Under the pieces are notes generated by a model. That model was not told the DNA's origin. It saw only the letters and a program-made list of their open reading frames with translations, and searched no databases. DNA of 63,250 bases, counting the filler. It is 11 parts of 11 records of this genome, joined end to end, with 100 filler letters (N's around TTAATTAATTAA, not from the genome) between each part and the next. Parts side by side here need not be neighbours in the genome. Positions count along the whole stretch, not along the records: positions 44,229 to 50,034 come from SRR15195285_446; positions 50,135 to 53,929 come from SRR15195285_450; positions 54,030 to 58,936 come from SRR15195285_451; 8 more parts are not named here. One strand, given 5' to 3'. The position numbers and the translations under genes were made by a program. Each line of letters opens with the position of its first letter. The first letter of the stretch is position 1. Shown here piece by piece: positions 46,952 to 58,409 of the stretch.

Positions 46952-47327
46952 GAGACAGAGCCATTTGAAGATGACGGAGCCGAGCATTATGTCCCTGCCA
47001 GTGTGCAAGATGCAGTTGCGGCGGCCAAAGGGGCAGAGCGGCGGGCGCATCAGTTTTGAGACTGCGATACTGTCACTGGCGGGATTCAGTGATGTGGGTG
47101 ATAAAGTTCCGCCGCAACACGGTTCATGATTAAGCCCGTGTATAGGGGCAGGCTAGTGTTGGAGCTGTTCGAATAGATTGGATTTGTGACTCGTCCTTTA
47201 CGCCCGTTTCGTGTTGCATAGCGGTCAGCAACATGCGAAGTTCAGTTTACGACAGTCGAACAGTGCAGTGTCTAGGCATTGCAATTTTGGCACTTGATGG
47301 ACCGGTGCATTCCGTCACTCGTTCACT

Positions 47328-49086
47328 TTAAAGCTCCTCCCTTGCTCGCGCCCGTCGCTTCAGCTCGAGCTCAACATCCACATTAGCATCAGCAGTCTTT
47401 CTTGGTTTGCCATTTGCGCTACCACCGGTACCCTTGCGTGCAGCCGCTCGCCTGTTGAGCTCTGCTTGCACTTCCGCATCATCTTCTGCCGGCACCTCCG
47501 CGGTGGACGATTTCGGCTTCTTTTCAATTGTGTAACCCTTCTTTGCTAGCCTTTCCAGCATTGCCTGCTCCTCGGGACTCAAGGCGGCGCCCTCGTCACC
47601 CACTGCGTCCTCATCTTCCTCGATCGTTACTTCCTTCACATCGTCTTCTGGTGCCTCTTCCTTCTCGGCGGCCGATTCACCACCGGGTTTAGTTGTGCCG
47701 CCACTCTTCTCTGCTGGCTCCGGTTCGCCCTTGCCCTCTTCTTCATCCATTCCAGCCTTCGCCTTTTCAATGAAGTCATCCATTGTCATGTCTGTGCGCC
47801 CTGCCGCCTTCAGCTCTTCCAATTGTGCTTTCACCTGCTCAAATCGTGCATGAAGTTTCTCCAAGTGCTCCTCAATGACCTCGACGATTTCAGTGTGCTC
47901 CTTGCCTTCCGCGATTGCGGTGGCGTTGCGTCCACGGCGATCCATGATCGAAACGTCCAAAGCCTTTTTCGGGCTATCCAGGAGAAATTCGTCTGACTTC
48001 TCGAGCAACATCTTCACCATCTGAGGTTGGCAGTCATAAGAGAATCAGTACTGCCTGCTGTGTGGTGATGTACTGTCTCTTCGGAGAGCTTTGCACAGAG
48101 CGGTTGGTTCTACGGCAGCCTGTGTTGAGTCTTACCTCTATATTGCCCTCACTAGCGAGCAGGTGCAGTACTGTCCCTCCGGTGTTGTCCCTGCACACAC
48201 AATCAAGTGGTCAATTCGATGCAGCACATGCGAGAGCAACAACACCCAGTAGCAGATGAGAGGCGGAGCACTGCTCGCACTTTTGGTTCAAGTCGGCGCC
48301 CGCCTCCAGCAGAGCGTCCACAGACGACTTGCTCCCACCGTTCGTCGCTGCAGCCAGGTGCAGCGCGGACAGTCCCGTCTGAGACTTCATGGTTACCTCT
48401 GCGCCTGCCTGCGCAAGAGCATACACCACCGCGTCGTGGCCGAAGCCTGCGGCCATCATCAACGGGGTATACTCTCCGGCATCAACTGCATTCACGAATG
48501 CCCCCCCCTCCAACAGCGCCTCGGTAGCCTCCGCGTGTCCAGCGCTGGCTGCTAGGTGCAGAGGTGTCTGGCTGTTGTCGCCTTTCAGCCGTAGATTCGC
48601 TCCGGCCGCAGCAAGCACTGTGATCGATGCCGCAGCTCCCGACCGGGCGGCCGCGAAGATAGCTGTCTCACCTGCGGTTCCTGGGAGATCCAGCTCGGCC
48701 CCTGCATCGATCAGCATCTGCAGAATTTCCGTGTGACCATTGTGCGCAGCGGCACCCAGGCTGGACTTGTTGCCGCCGTTCAGTGCATCTGCGTTCGCGC
48801 CAGCTTTCAAGAGCTCGGCCACTACTGCCCCATAGCCACGCAGGCTGGCGATATAGAGCGCCGTGGTGCCATCTTCTGGGTGCTGCTCGTCAAGGTTGAC
48901 CCCAGTCGCCGCGATAGACGCCACGGCAGCTGTATCTTCATCTCTCACTGCTTGGATTAGCTCCTCCACTCCGCCGTGCACCGGTGTCGGTGCCAGCAGC
49001 AGCCCCGCCGCCAGCAGGACCGCCAGTACCTCCAGCGTCCCGCATGACACCCACCCGGCCCGCGCACGCTGCCGCACGCCGAACAT
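47328..49086 (-). CDS. ER-luminal ankyrin-repeat protein (signal peptide, C-terminal REEL)
   Basis: Exons 49086-48281, 48190-48136, 48020-47328; ankyrin motifs GTTALYIA, GETAIFAA, TPLHLAA, TPLMMAA, SALHLAA, GTVLHLLA; KDEL-like REEL. Confidence 0.88.
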
Positions 49087-49925
49087 CAACTCCAGCCGCG
49101 CCTCCACCCGTTCACGCACACCCACCCGCACGCGCTGCCCTCCCTCCCCCTCCCTCTCCCTCTCCCTCGTGCTGCCCTCTCCCTCTTGCTCCCTCCCAAG
49201 CCGCAGCTGGACCACCACAGCCAACGCGTTGTCGTCGATGGGATCTTCGATGACCAGTAGGATGGCGAGCTCGATGCGTGGGATCGCCACCGTCGGTCCC
49301 TGCCTACTATTCATAGTACAGCTGTACATGCGTCGGCTTGCCCAACGACCGGCCGGTGCAACCAGATCCCGAGAACGCGGGATGATGAGGTGATTCGACA
49401 TTCGAGTGATGATCTGAGATCTCAACCCGGAGCAGCAAGAGTCATATTTCCTACAATTGTATCTGCCCAGAAGTTTTTGCACGAGTCTCGAGCTCTCGAC
49501 TCTCTCGCGGATACTGCAGGACCTACTTTTTTCAATTGCGAATAGCAATCGCTACATTTACTCAAGTACACGGTATCTGCAGTACTATTGATGAATGGTA
49601 CTGTACCGGTAGGTGTACCCAGGTAGGCATTCTCTACTATCAATAGTACTGGTACTGCATCATGTATCATGACGACATTCGAACATGTGGATGCAACGTG
49701 ATTCATCTGTCGAGTCTGATCTCAGCACACCACGTGTGCGAAGACGGACCCTCGGTCACACTCGAAACTCTGATACACGTACAGTACCGTAGCACCTCAC
49801 CAACCTCACCAGCAAGTCGCCAGGCGATCATTCGAATCATCGGAAATTCGCTGATCTCAGAACGACGCAGAAGTCGAGCTCAAATGATATTCTGATCATC
49901 GATCAATACTATGATTGATCTAGTA

Positions 49926-49974
49926 TAGTACCATATCAACGATCGTTTGTACTATGATCGTTGATATGGTACTA
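49926..49974. repeat. Perfect 19-bp inverted repeat with 11-nt loop
   Basis: TAGTACCATATCAACGATC (49926-49944) / GATCGTTGATATGGTACTA (49956-49974). Confidence 0.9.
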
Positions 49975-50235
49975 CCTAGTGGTTCATTGCTCTACCGGTT
50001 ACCGGTTACCGGTTAAAAAAACGACCGGTAATTTNNNNNNNNNNNNNNNNNNNNNNNNNNNNNNNNNNNNNNNNNNNNTTAATTAATTAANNNNNNNNNN
50101 NNNNNNNNNNNNNNNNNNNNNNNNNNNNNNNNNNGTTGGCGCGATACTACGAATTGCTCAGGTGCCGGATACACTGCCCCAGCGCGGGTCGGTGCGACTG
50201 TTGCATCACGTGTCAGAGAGAGCGGCTCCGCCGGT

Positions 50236-50760
50236 ATGATTCCAAGCGCACCTGCTGTGCCATGCATATCAATAGTATGGCTGCCGCTGCTACTGCTGCC
50301 GCTGCCAGAACCGGTCCACGCGCAGCGATCGGACGACTGGCTGCTGCAAAGCCCATCGGAGACGTCGACAGTGGTCGAAGGATCACTCGGTGGAGTGCCG
50401 ACACTGACGCTGCAGAACGGCCTCGCGAGCCGCGTGTTTGTGATCGCGCCGCCTCCTCCAGCAGGGCCGCCTCCTCCGGCTCCAGGGCCATGCCCAGCGT
50501 GGTGCACCGGCTGTAATGAGGACAGTGAGGACGCCCTGAGCTCCGCTAAGGAGTGCTGTCCCAATCCGGGTGGCAGGCTTGTCCATGGTCCGAACAAAGG
50601 CGAGGTTTACCCATACTTTGGGAAGCCTTGCTCAGAGCAGAGCGACTGTGGGCAGTGTACGAACGATCATGCGTGCATCTGCACCAGGAACGGTGGTCCT
50701 GCTGGCGCCAGCTGCTGCATGCCCCTACATGGTCACCAGTCGTCAAACGTAGAGCTATAG
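50236..50760 (+). CDS. Small secreted Pro/Cys-rich protein
   Basis: Hydrophobic N-terminus; DWLL...LTLQNGLASRVF segment, poly-Pro linker, Cys-rich C-terminus. Confidence 0.55.
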   Translation: MIPSAPAVPCISIVWLPLLLLPLPEPVHAQRSDDWLLQSPSETSTVVEGSLGGVPTLTLQNGLASRVFVIAPPPPAGPPPPAPGPCPAWCTGCNEDSEDALSSAKECCPNPGGRLVHGPNKGEVYPYFGKPCSEQSDCGQCTNDHACICTRNGGPAGASCCMPLHGHQSSNVEL

Positions 50761-50761
50761 T

Positions 50762-51965
50762 ATGCACCAGCTGTGCAGGCTGCTGCTGTTGGTTCTGGGC
50801 ACAAGTTGTGCAGGCCAGCAGGCTGGAGAGTGGGACCGGCGACGAGTGGGACCCACGGTGAACACGACCAGCGACGGCGACGCCGCCAAGTCCCCCTGCG
50901 GGAAAGCAGACGACCCGCGCGACTGTGCGGCCCTCATCGATCTAGCGCAAAGCACCGGCTACAAACACTGGACAGTGCGCGATGGTTGGCTGAAGTCTGG
51001 GCTGTCCGTCTGCGAGTGGTTCGGCGTGAGCTGCAAAAAGAGCCGCGTGTCCAAGCTGCAGCTAAAGGCCAATAACCTGAGCGGTTCGATCCCGGACTCT
51101 ATCGAGGGCTTGAAGCTGCTGACCGTGCTCGACTTACGAGGGAAGCGTCCACCGGGGTATGGCCCCGAGAGCTGCCTGGCACAGGGTGGCAACAACTTCA
51201 ACAACTCACGAATGCCTCACTCGTTCTATGCGCTGGAGAACCTTGTTACCTGGAACATGGAATATACGTGTCTCGGAGGAACGCTGTCACCAGCGCTCGG
51301 GAACATGCTGAAGCTTGAGGACATGCTGATCCACGGCAATTTCATCAGTGGCACCCTTCCCATCGAGATCGACAACCTGCCGCAGCTGATACAGGGCAAG
51401 CTTGGTCGCAACCCGATCAGTGGCACACTGCCACCGCTAACGAGGCCGAAGCCGCTCCTTGAGAAGTGAGTGCTTTGCCCGCAAGGCCTGTATCTCCCGC
51501 AAATTCAGATTCAATTGAGTTTTCAAACTCGTGTGGATCAGGTACAACTGCAATTTCTGTGCTCTCACCGGCACGTTCCCCGACACGTGGTCGGTGAACA
51601 AGTTCCCAAGGCTCACACAGTTCTTCTGGGACGGCAATGGCTTCTCAGGGACGCTGCCGGGTTCGGTAGGGTCGCTCAAGGCGCTCACAACTCTCTCGCT
51701 GAACATCAACAACTTCGAAGGCAAGTTTCCGGTGTCATTTTGCAAGACAACAGCCCCAGACTGTCGCATCGGGGCAGACCACGGATATGCTGGGCTTGTG
51801 CGATATCAGGCGATTTACCCGTGGACTCTATCAATGAACGCCAGCGGCAATCGGTTCAAGTGTGGCAGTGGCAAAAGTGGCCTGCCACCGTGCATCACTG
51901 AAGGCAGCAACTGCAACAAGACCTACAAGGACCCTGCAAAGAACAGTCCAGTTCTGTGCGTGTGA
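50762..51965 (+). CDS. Secreted leucine-rich-repeat protein (plant-type extracellular LRR with N-cap)
   Basis: Exons 50762-51465 and 51542-51965; signal peptide; CEWFGVSC, LQLKANNLSGSIP, NFISGTLP, NGFSGTLP. Confidence 0.88.
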
Positions 51966-52057
51966 GCGAGGTGCTGTGGATGTTCATGCTATGATTGCTA
52001 TGAACACTCCTTCTGCATTCGTACGAACATCCGCTCTGTATTGGAATACCACAGCAA

Positions 52058-53681
52058 TTAGTCAGCCTTCTTCGTCTTCGCGTCCTTTTTGGCTTCATCC
52101 ACTACGTCTACCACTACAAAAGTCGCGTAAATTGCTGCCACTAGCATCGCCACACCGCCAAGTCCAATAAACAACTGCGCCCACGCGTGCTTGATAGCGT
52201 TGGTATCGTCTCCGGCTGACTCCAGTAGTGACGCCACGAGCAGAGGTGACAGGTACGACGGTGCCGTTGCTACGCAGAGAGGCCGCACAGGGCGTCGAGT
52301 CAGCAAAGATCTCTGCCTTTACCTACAATCCACTTTTGTGCGTTCCACACCCACTAATGTGCACACTGAGGGAAACAAAATGATGAGGGGGGATGGGCAG
52401 GTGGATTATTTTCTGTTTACCGAGGCTGTTTCCTACACCCATGAGCAAGCCGGTGTTTGTCCTTGTGATGTCATAGTAGTTGGCTACGTGCCCGAATGAC
52501 TGCACTGTAAGGCCCAACCAGAGTACGTTCAGCGCCACTGTGAACATGTAAGCCGGAGGAAGCTCCTCGTTAGTCGCCAGACATGCGAGCACTCCACAGC
52601 CGACCGCAAACAAAGAGTAGCCGCCGATAGAAGCTACCCGGCGGATCGAGATTACAGACAATCCGAAGCTGTCCACGTGGCCTTTGAGTAGCATTGAGCC
52701 AGAGACAGCGGTGATGTGCAGTGTGGCCAGGTGCATCCCGCTATTGTTCTCCCCTAGTGACTCCAAGTAGTATTTCGGCATTTCCTGCTCGTAGGTGTAG
52801 CGGCCCAGGTTGAACATGGCGTGTGACAGAATCAACACCCAGGTTCCCTTGTTCGTGAACAGCGCCCTAACGCTGCCACCGCCCACACCTATGTCGTTTC
52901 TTGCGGCGTTTATCGTGCAGACAGCGCGCTTCTTTGGCGAAGCAGCAGCTGCCACCTTTTGTTCGACGAGCATCTCCTCAGCACGGTAGAGGGCTGCCTC
53001 TTGGGCGCTGAGCGTCAGCCGGCCGCCTGTAGCCGTCGGTCCGTCGGACACCATGAGCTGAAAAACGATTAGGAACAGCCATGTCACCGCAGAGAGTACG
53101 TACATGGTGTTGCGCCAGCCAACAGCTGTGGTGAGGTAGGCGACGATCAGACAATTTGCTAGGCTACTTCCCACCGTGGAGACCGACTCCATCGAGACAC
53201 ACCAGTTCTTCTCGGCAGGAAGGCACCAATTTTTGATGAGGCCGGTCATGGTGGGGTGCTCAGCGCCGCAACATAAGCCGACCAGGAAGCATGCCCATTC
53301 GACAACCCGCGGGCTGGCGTCAGCGCCCACGGCGGTGACCATAGACGGAATTCCGCCGAGCCCCAGGGCGAAGGACAAAAGCGACAGCGCCTGGAACTTC
53401 TTATTGCCTGTGCGGTCCCCCGCTATCCCACCTGGAATCTGTGTAAACATATAGCCAAAGGAAAACGCTGACTTGACACGCCCCTGGTCTGCCGCGGACC
53501 ACCCAAGCTCAGACGCCATCGCCACCACGAAGAAAGAGAACGCCATCCGGTCGAGATTGACCATGAACCGGACAAGCGACACCAAGATGATCGTTCGAAA
53601 TCGTATCGGCGCTTTCTCGCCACTGTTCGCCGCCGGAGCCGGCACCACACCAGTGCTGGGAGAGCGAGAGCGGCCCGGCAT
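52058..53681 (-). CDS. MFS anion:cation symporter (SLC17/sialin/PHT4-like)
   Basis: Exons 53681-52421 and 52269-52058; NLDRMAFS, LGWSAADQGRVKSAFSFGYMFTQIPGG, GHVANYYDITRTNTGLLMGVGNSLAT. Confidence 0.88.
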
Positions 53682-53900
53682 CTCTCTCGCTCCTTGCGGG
53701 CACGCGAGTGTCCTGAGACAGCGACAGAGACAGAGACAGAAAAGCACAGTGAGAGGGCGTCACTCGTTAGTGCCTCCGAGCTTCGGGACCGGCGGCGCCG
53801 AGCTTCCGAGCATGCAGCCTCGCTTGCAACGATCGATGCGAGCTTCGGGACTCCCGCGCGCGCGCGCGCGGGTGCGCACGCGCGCGGGCCACAGTTGGAA

Positions 53901-53929
53901 ATGACAATGACAATGACAATGACAATTTC
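53901..53929 (+). repeat. (ATGACA)4-ATTTC repeat at contig end; related sequence at 58885-58905
   Basis: ATGACAATGACAATGACAATGACAATTTC versus ATGACAATGAATGACAATTTC. Confidence 0.7.
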
Positions 53930-54563
53930 NNNNNNNNNNNNNNNNNNNNNNNNNNNNNNNNNNNNNNNNNNNNTTAATTAATTAANNNNNNNNNNNNNNN
54001 NNNNNNNNNNNNNNNNNNNNNNNNNNNNNGTTTGCAGTATCTTTTCAGTACCCAGATTGGCCGCCGGACTCGATTCATTTCATGCAAATTTCACACGGAA
54101 TTCCACTACGACCCGGCTAGACCCCCGATTTGGAAACTCCTGGTTACAATCTCGAGAATTTGTTCATTATAAATCCGCATTTATTCCAATGCAGTAGTAT
54201 CAGAGTTTGTTCCTGAATTCATGCACTCAAGTTCATTTATACCGAATTCTGCGTATATAGAGTTCGCGGTAGGGTGAATTTGCGTGTACACTGTATTGTA
54301 CAAATACACTATAGTCACGACTTGTGAAGCAGATCGTGCATGAATTCATGATCCGCCGCTTTCTGGTGATGTATTATTCAATATCTAATATGATACATCA
54401 CCGGAAGATGTATCATATATCGATACCCTGGCGAACAGCGCGCGAGCATAGCACGAGGTCGGTGCTGGTCGGCTCGCATCGTGCGGTGTGCTCCCGGAGC
54501 CCTGGTGTACGACGAGGCGCCCGCCCGCTTGACATCATCACTAGGCGCAAGATAGAGATCGAT

Positions 54564-57500
54564 ATGCGGTCTGTCTTCTCCGCCCTGGTGCTGCTCGCCG
54601 GTGCGTGCGAGACAGGCGCCACCAGGGGGGCCGCCAGCAGCACAGGACGTGCCACACACCCCGCAGCGAGGCACCGCGGCATCTGGAGCGCCGCACCGCG
54701 TCGCACGCCCTCCACGATGGTGCCGGACGGCCCGATCGCCGCCAATGGCGACATGGGCGTCGGCATTGGGAACGCGGCGCATGGGAATCAGTCGTACTAC
54801 TTCGGGAAGATGGACTTCTGGAGCAGCAATGCGTTCGACGGCAGCCGGTTCGAGTGGACGCACGTCGCTCCAGCTTTCATCGAGATGAGCTTCGCCTCAG
54901 TTCTGGCGACACAGCCGGGACGCACGTCGAGCTGGACCGCAGTGCAAGAGCTGTACGAACCCGTACTCAACACCACGCTCGCGGCAGGGACTGGCGCTGA
55001 AGTGCACACGTCTGCCGTCTTCGCACCTGAGACCAACGTGATGACCGTGCGGCTGCGCTCAGCCAAGACGACAACACTTTCACTCCGTCTGTCGACACAG
55101 CTGCCATCCGCTTGCGACGGCCACAAAAGTTGCATGGCCGACTTGCCGATGAAGTTTCAAACGATCACTGAGCCCGATGGTGGCAGCGCTCTCACGTTGA
55201 CGCGTGAAGCTAATCACTGGGTGAATAACGAGGCCGTTCTAGTTGAGTGCGACCCAGAGCTGATCCCCACGATGGGACAGCGCGAGTTTGATATCGCTCC
55301 TGATGGAACGATTAGTCTCCATTCTTCAACAGCGGACACTGGTGTCGACGCCGAGGCTGTTGAAGAGTGCCTCGCGCTGTTGCCCACCGAGGGCCAGCCG
55401 TTCCCGGCGAGCGTTCGGCACCATCCCGTGACTGATACCATCGTCAGCAAGGGTCCATGTGCTACGGTAGAGGGTCGGTGGTTGCTTGCGGCGAACGGTG
55501 AGATCAAACATTCGTCCACCGGACAGTGCGCCGTCTACTCTATCATGGACTGGTCAATGAGCGTGTTCCCGGAAGACTGCAGCAAAGCCACAGCAAACGA
55601 AAGCCTTGGGACCACTTGGAAACACGACACCACCTCAGGTCACCTGCAAGCTACGCAATGGAAGCCTGCACCAGGGCTTGCCGTCCGAGAAGTTCCACAG
55701 GACGTTCCCCACTGCCTTCTAGCTCCGGTAGCGAATGTGAACGTGTCACTCGGTATGGCAGTACTGCTACGCGAAAGCGCTTTGGGACCAAGCGCTCCAA
55801 ACGCGGCGGCCAAAAGTGGCACCGCCGGGCAAGAGCCTTTCGCTGCCTATTCGTCCTTTGATATCGAGGCGGGCAAGGAATACGTGATGTCAGTGTCGAT
55901 TGAGACAACACGTACAAATCATGTGCCCATCGCGGACAGCGCGCTGAATACGGCGCTGCGACAGGTCCGAACTACTGACGTCGACGCCATCGACATTGAA
56001 AATCGCAATTGGTGGTCAAAGTGGTGGGAGACGGGCGCAGTCGTTGATTTGGGGCCACACAGACAAACACTTGAGTCGTTCTACTACGGGCAACAGTATA
56101 TGCTCGGAAGTATGTCGCGACCATGCTTGAATGAGACTAAACCAAACAGTGGACGCTGTCGCGACGGTGCCACTGTCCCGGGTCTCCTTGGACCGTGGAG
56201 CATGATGAACCCCGTGGGATGGTGTGATCGATTGACGCTCGATTACAACGTCGAGGCGAATTACTTTGGTGCGGCATCTTCGAACCATTTAGACAGCATG
56301 AAACCTTACTTCCCCACAATGGACCCCCTCCTAGAGTCTGGGAGGCGGCGGGCAAACATGTCTTGGAGTTCTCCCTGGACAAAGTACGCTGGATACGAGA
56401 ACTCTACAGATTACGTATCCCAAGGGCACCCAGCCTACGCCAGATGGATGACCGATCTCGAGCACGTGCAAATCGGGCCCCAAGCAAATCTTGTATCACA
56501 GGAGAGACTCACAACGAAAGGGCACTATAGTGGTGCGCAAATGATCTGTGCTATGGGTCCGTGGGCGAACATGGGGCAGTGGAAAGATAACGCGATTCGT
56601 TTCGACGGCGCGCTCATGGCTGTCCCTTATGTCGATTATTTCGAGCACACGATGGACATGGACTTTTTAAAGGAGACCGCGTATCCGTTTCTGAAGCCAC
56701 AAGCAGAGTTCTACGCCGACTACATAGTCCTGAATCAAAACGGGACGTATGATGTCCCATTGGCATGCGCGCAAGAAGGATGTGGCCCACGCCAAATGGG
56801 TGAGTTGGGTTCTTTCGTGCAGTTCAACCCGACAGTGGACTTAGCTTTTGCTGAGTGGACGATGCGAACGGCGGCTTCCTGGGCGAAACTACTTGATGTG
56901 GATGCTGAGATGCAGGTTGATTTCTTGCATAAGGCCTCGAAGTTGTCACCATACCCGATGACAGTCGATACAGCCTTCAACAATCGCACAGTGTGGAGCG
57001 AGGCCAAGGTACAGCGCTGGGCAGGCGATCCGAACCCGACGACCATGGATGCTTTCTGCAAAGAGGCTATTCTGCCGAATGGTGAACCGTGTCGGGACTC
57101 GACCCCATTTCACGCAAATTACATGTACCCGATCGTTCAGTTCGCACCAATGCATCCAACGGGATTGGTTAACCTGGACAGCGACGCTGAGACGCTAAAA
57201 CTGGCCCGGCAGACGGTATGGGGGCAGAACTTTCAAAGCAAGTGGGCGCCTGTCAACGGTCTCTGCCTTGCCTGGCCGTCAGCGGCCAAACTAGTGGACG
57301 GTCAAGCTGCACCCACAGATGAATTCGGCACGACAACGCTTTTGAACGAGATGGAGAGTGCACTCAATCACACGATGCAGCCTAATCTGTGGCCATCAAT
57401 GAACGGTGGAGGTGTCGAGCAAGTTGGCGCAACGCAGGCGATAAACGATCTCCTAGTTCAGTCGATCAACGGCAAACTGACGTTTTTCCCTGGTTGGGAA

Positions 57501-57758
57501 CCAGGGGCGAGTGTGCAATTCACTAACATCCGCACACGGGGGGCATTTTTGGTCTCTGCTCGCAGGACTGCTGCTGCCGAGCTTCAGGATGTCCGAATCC
57601 GCTCGGAGGTTGGCGGTCCGTGCATGATGCATCGCCATGGATCACAAAAGCCCACCGTGAAGGCAGTGGGCACAGGGTTGACTATGGCTGTCCGATGTAC
57701 CGCATCTGAGTGCACGTTTGACACTGTAGCGCAGGCGAGCTACGAAGTACAATTTTAA
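54564..57758 (+). CDS. Secreted GH95-like glycoside hydrolase (alpha-L-fucosidase-like) with a ricin-B-like insertion
   Basis: Signal peptide MRSVFSALVLLAG; DGPIAANGDMGV, PGLLGPW, TLDYNVEANYFGAASSNH, FLKETAYPFLK, LLVQS, FFPGW, IRTRGAFLVSA; GEIKHSSTGQC-type ricin segments. Confidence 0.8.
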   Translation: MRSVFSALVLLAGACETGATRGAASSTGRATHPAARHRGIWSAAPRRTPSTMVPDGPIAANGDMGVGIGNAAHGNQSYYFGKMDFWSSNAFDGSRFEWTHVAPAFIEMSFASVLATQPGRTSSWTAVQELYEPVLNTTLAAGTGAEVHTSAVFAPETNVMTVRLRSAKTTTLSLRLSTQLPSACDGHKSCMADLPMKFQTITEPDGGSALTLTREANHWVNNEAVLVECDPELIPTMGQREFDIAPDGTISLHSSTADTGVDAEAVEECLALLPTEGQPFPASVRHHPVTDTIVSKGPCATVEGRWLLAANGEIKHSSTGQCAVYSIMDWSMSVFPEDCSKATANESLGTTWKHDTTSGHLQATQWKPAPGLAVREVPQDVPHCLLAPVANVNVSLGMAVLLRESALGPSAPNAAAKSGTAGQEPFAAYSSFDIEAGKEYVMSVSIETTRTNHVPIADSALNTALRQVRTTDVDAIDIENRNWWSKWWETGAVVDLGPHRQTLESFYYGQQYMLGSMSRPCLNETKPNSGRCRDGATVPGLLGPWSMMNPVGWCDRLTLDYNVEANYFGAASSNHLDSMKPYFPTMDPLLESGRRRANMSWSSPWTKYAGYENSTDYVSQGHPAYARWMTDLEHVQIGPQANLVSQERLTTKGHYSGAQMICAMGPWANMGQWKDNAIRFDGALMAVPYVDYFEHTMDMDFLKETAYPFLKPQAEFYADYIVLNQNGTYDVPLACAQEGCGPRQMGELGSFVQFNPTVDLAFAEWTMRTAASWAKLLDVDAEMQVDFLHKASKLSPYPMTVDTAFNNRTVWSEAKVQRWAGDPNPTTMDAFCKEAILPNGEPCRDSTPFHANYMYPIVQFAPMHPTGLVNLDSDAETLKLARQTVWGQNFQSKWAPVNGLCLAWPSAAKLVDGQAAPTDEFGTTTLLNEMESALNHTMQPNLWPSMNGGGVEQVGATQAINDLLVQSINGKLTFFPGWEPGASVQFTNIRTRGAFLVSARRTAAAELQDVRIRSEVGGPCMMHRHGSQKPTVKAVGTGLTMAVRCTASECTFDTVAQASYEVQF

Positions 57759-57773
57759 GAAAAAATCTTTTTC

Positions 57774-58409
57774 TCAACATTTCGCCCCGTCGCACGGTCT
57801 TCCTCTCCATTCACTTTTCATCTTGACCGTCTCTGGTCTGTTGAGTCGCTCCAGTTCCGCTGCGGCGGTCAGTCGCTTGTTGAGGATGGACTTGGACACT
57901 GTCATGAAGATTTCCTCGACGCTCGCGCCAGTGCGCGCGCTGGATTCGAGGAGCATCGCATGGTGGTCCTGCGCGAGCTGCGAACTCTCGAGAAAAGGTA
58001 CCTGCCGAGCGCCGTCCTGTGCTTCGGCCAGGTCGACCTTGTTCCCAACCAGCATGATCACAACATCTTTCGCGGCTAGTGTGCGTGCCTCCTCGATCCA
58101 GGTTGGCAAGTGGTCGTAGGACTCACGGTTCGTCACATCGTAGAGCACCAGCGCGCCCATGGCGCCTCGGTAGTAGCTTCGCGTCACTGAACGATAGCGC
58201 TCCTGCCCTGCGGTGTCCCAGATTTGCAGCTTAATGCGCTTGCCGTTGAGGGAAATGATTCTCGAGCCAAACTCCACACCAATCGTGTGGGCGCAGTCTG
58301 GGAAAAATCTCCCCTCCAGGAACTGGTGCAGCAGGCACGACTTGCCGATCCCCGCGTCGCCGATCAGGATGAGCTTGAAGAGAAAGTCATAGGTGCCGTC
58401 GTCACCCAT
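57774..58409 (-). CDS. RAB4: Rab GTPase, Rab4-like
   Basis: [63 protein letters not shown]-terminal Cys. True start is the internal ATG at 58409. Confidence 0.88.
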   Translation of the reverse strand: MGDDGTYDFLFKLILIGDAGIGKSCLLHQFLEGRFFPDCAHTIGVEFGSRIISLNGKRIKLQIWDTAGQERYRSVTRSYYRGAMGALVLYDVTNRESYDHLPTWIEEARTLAAKDVVIMLVGNKVDLAEAQDGARQVPFLESSQLAQDHHAMLLESSARTGASVEEIFMTVSKSILNKRLTAAAELERLNRPETVKMKSEWRGRPCDGAKC

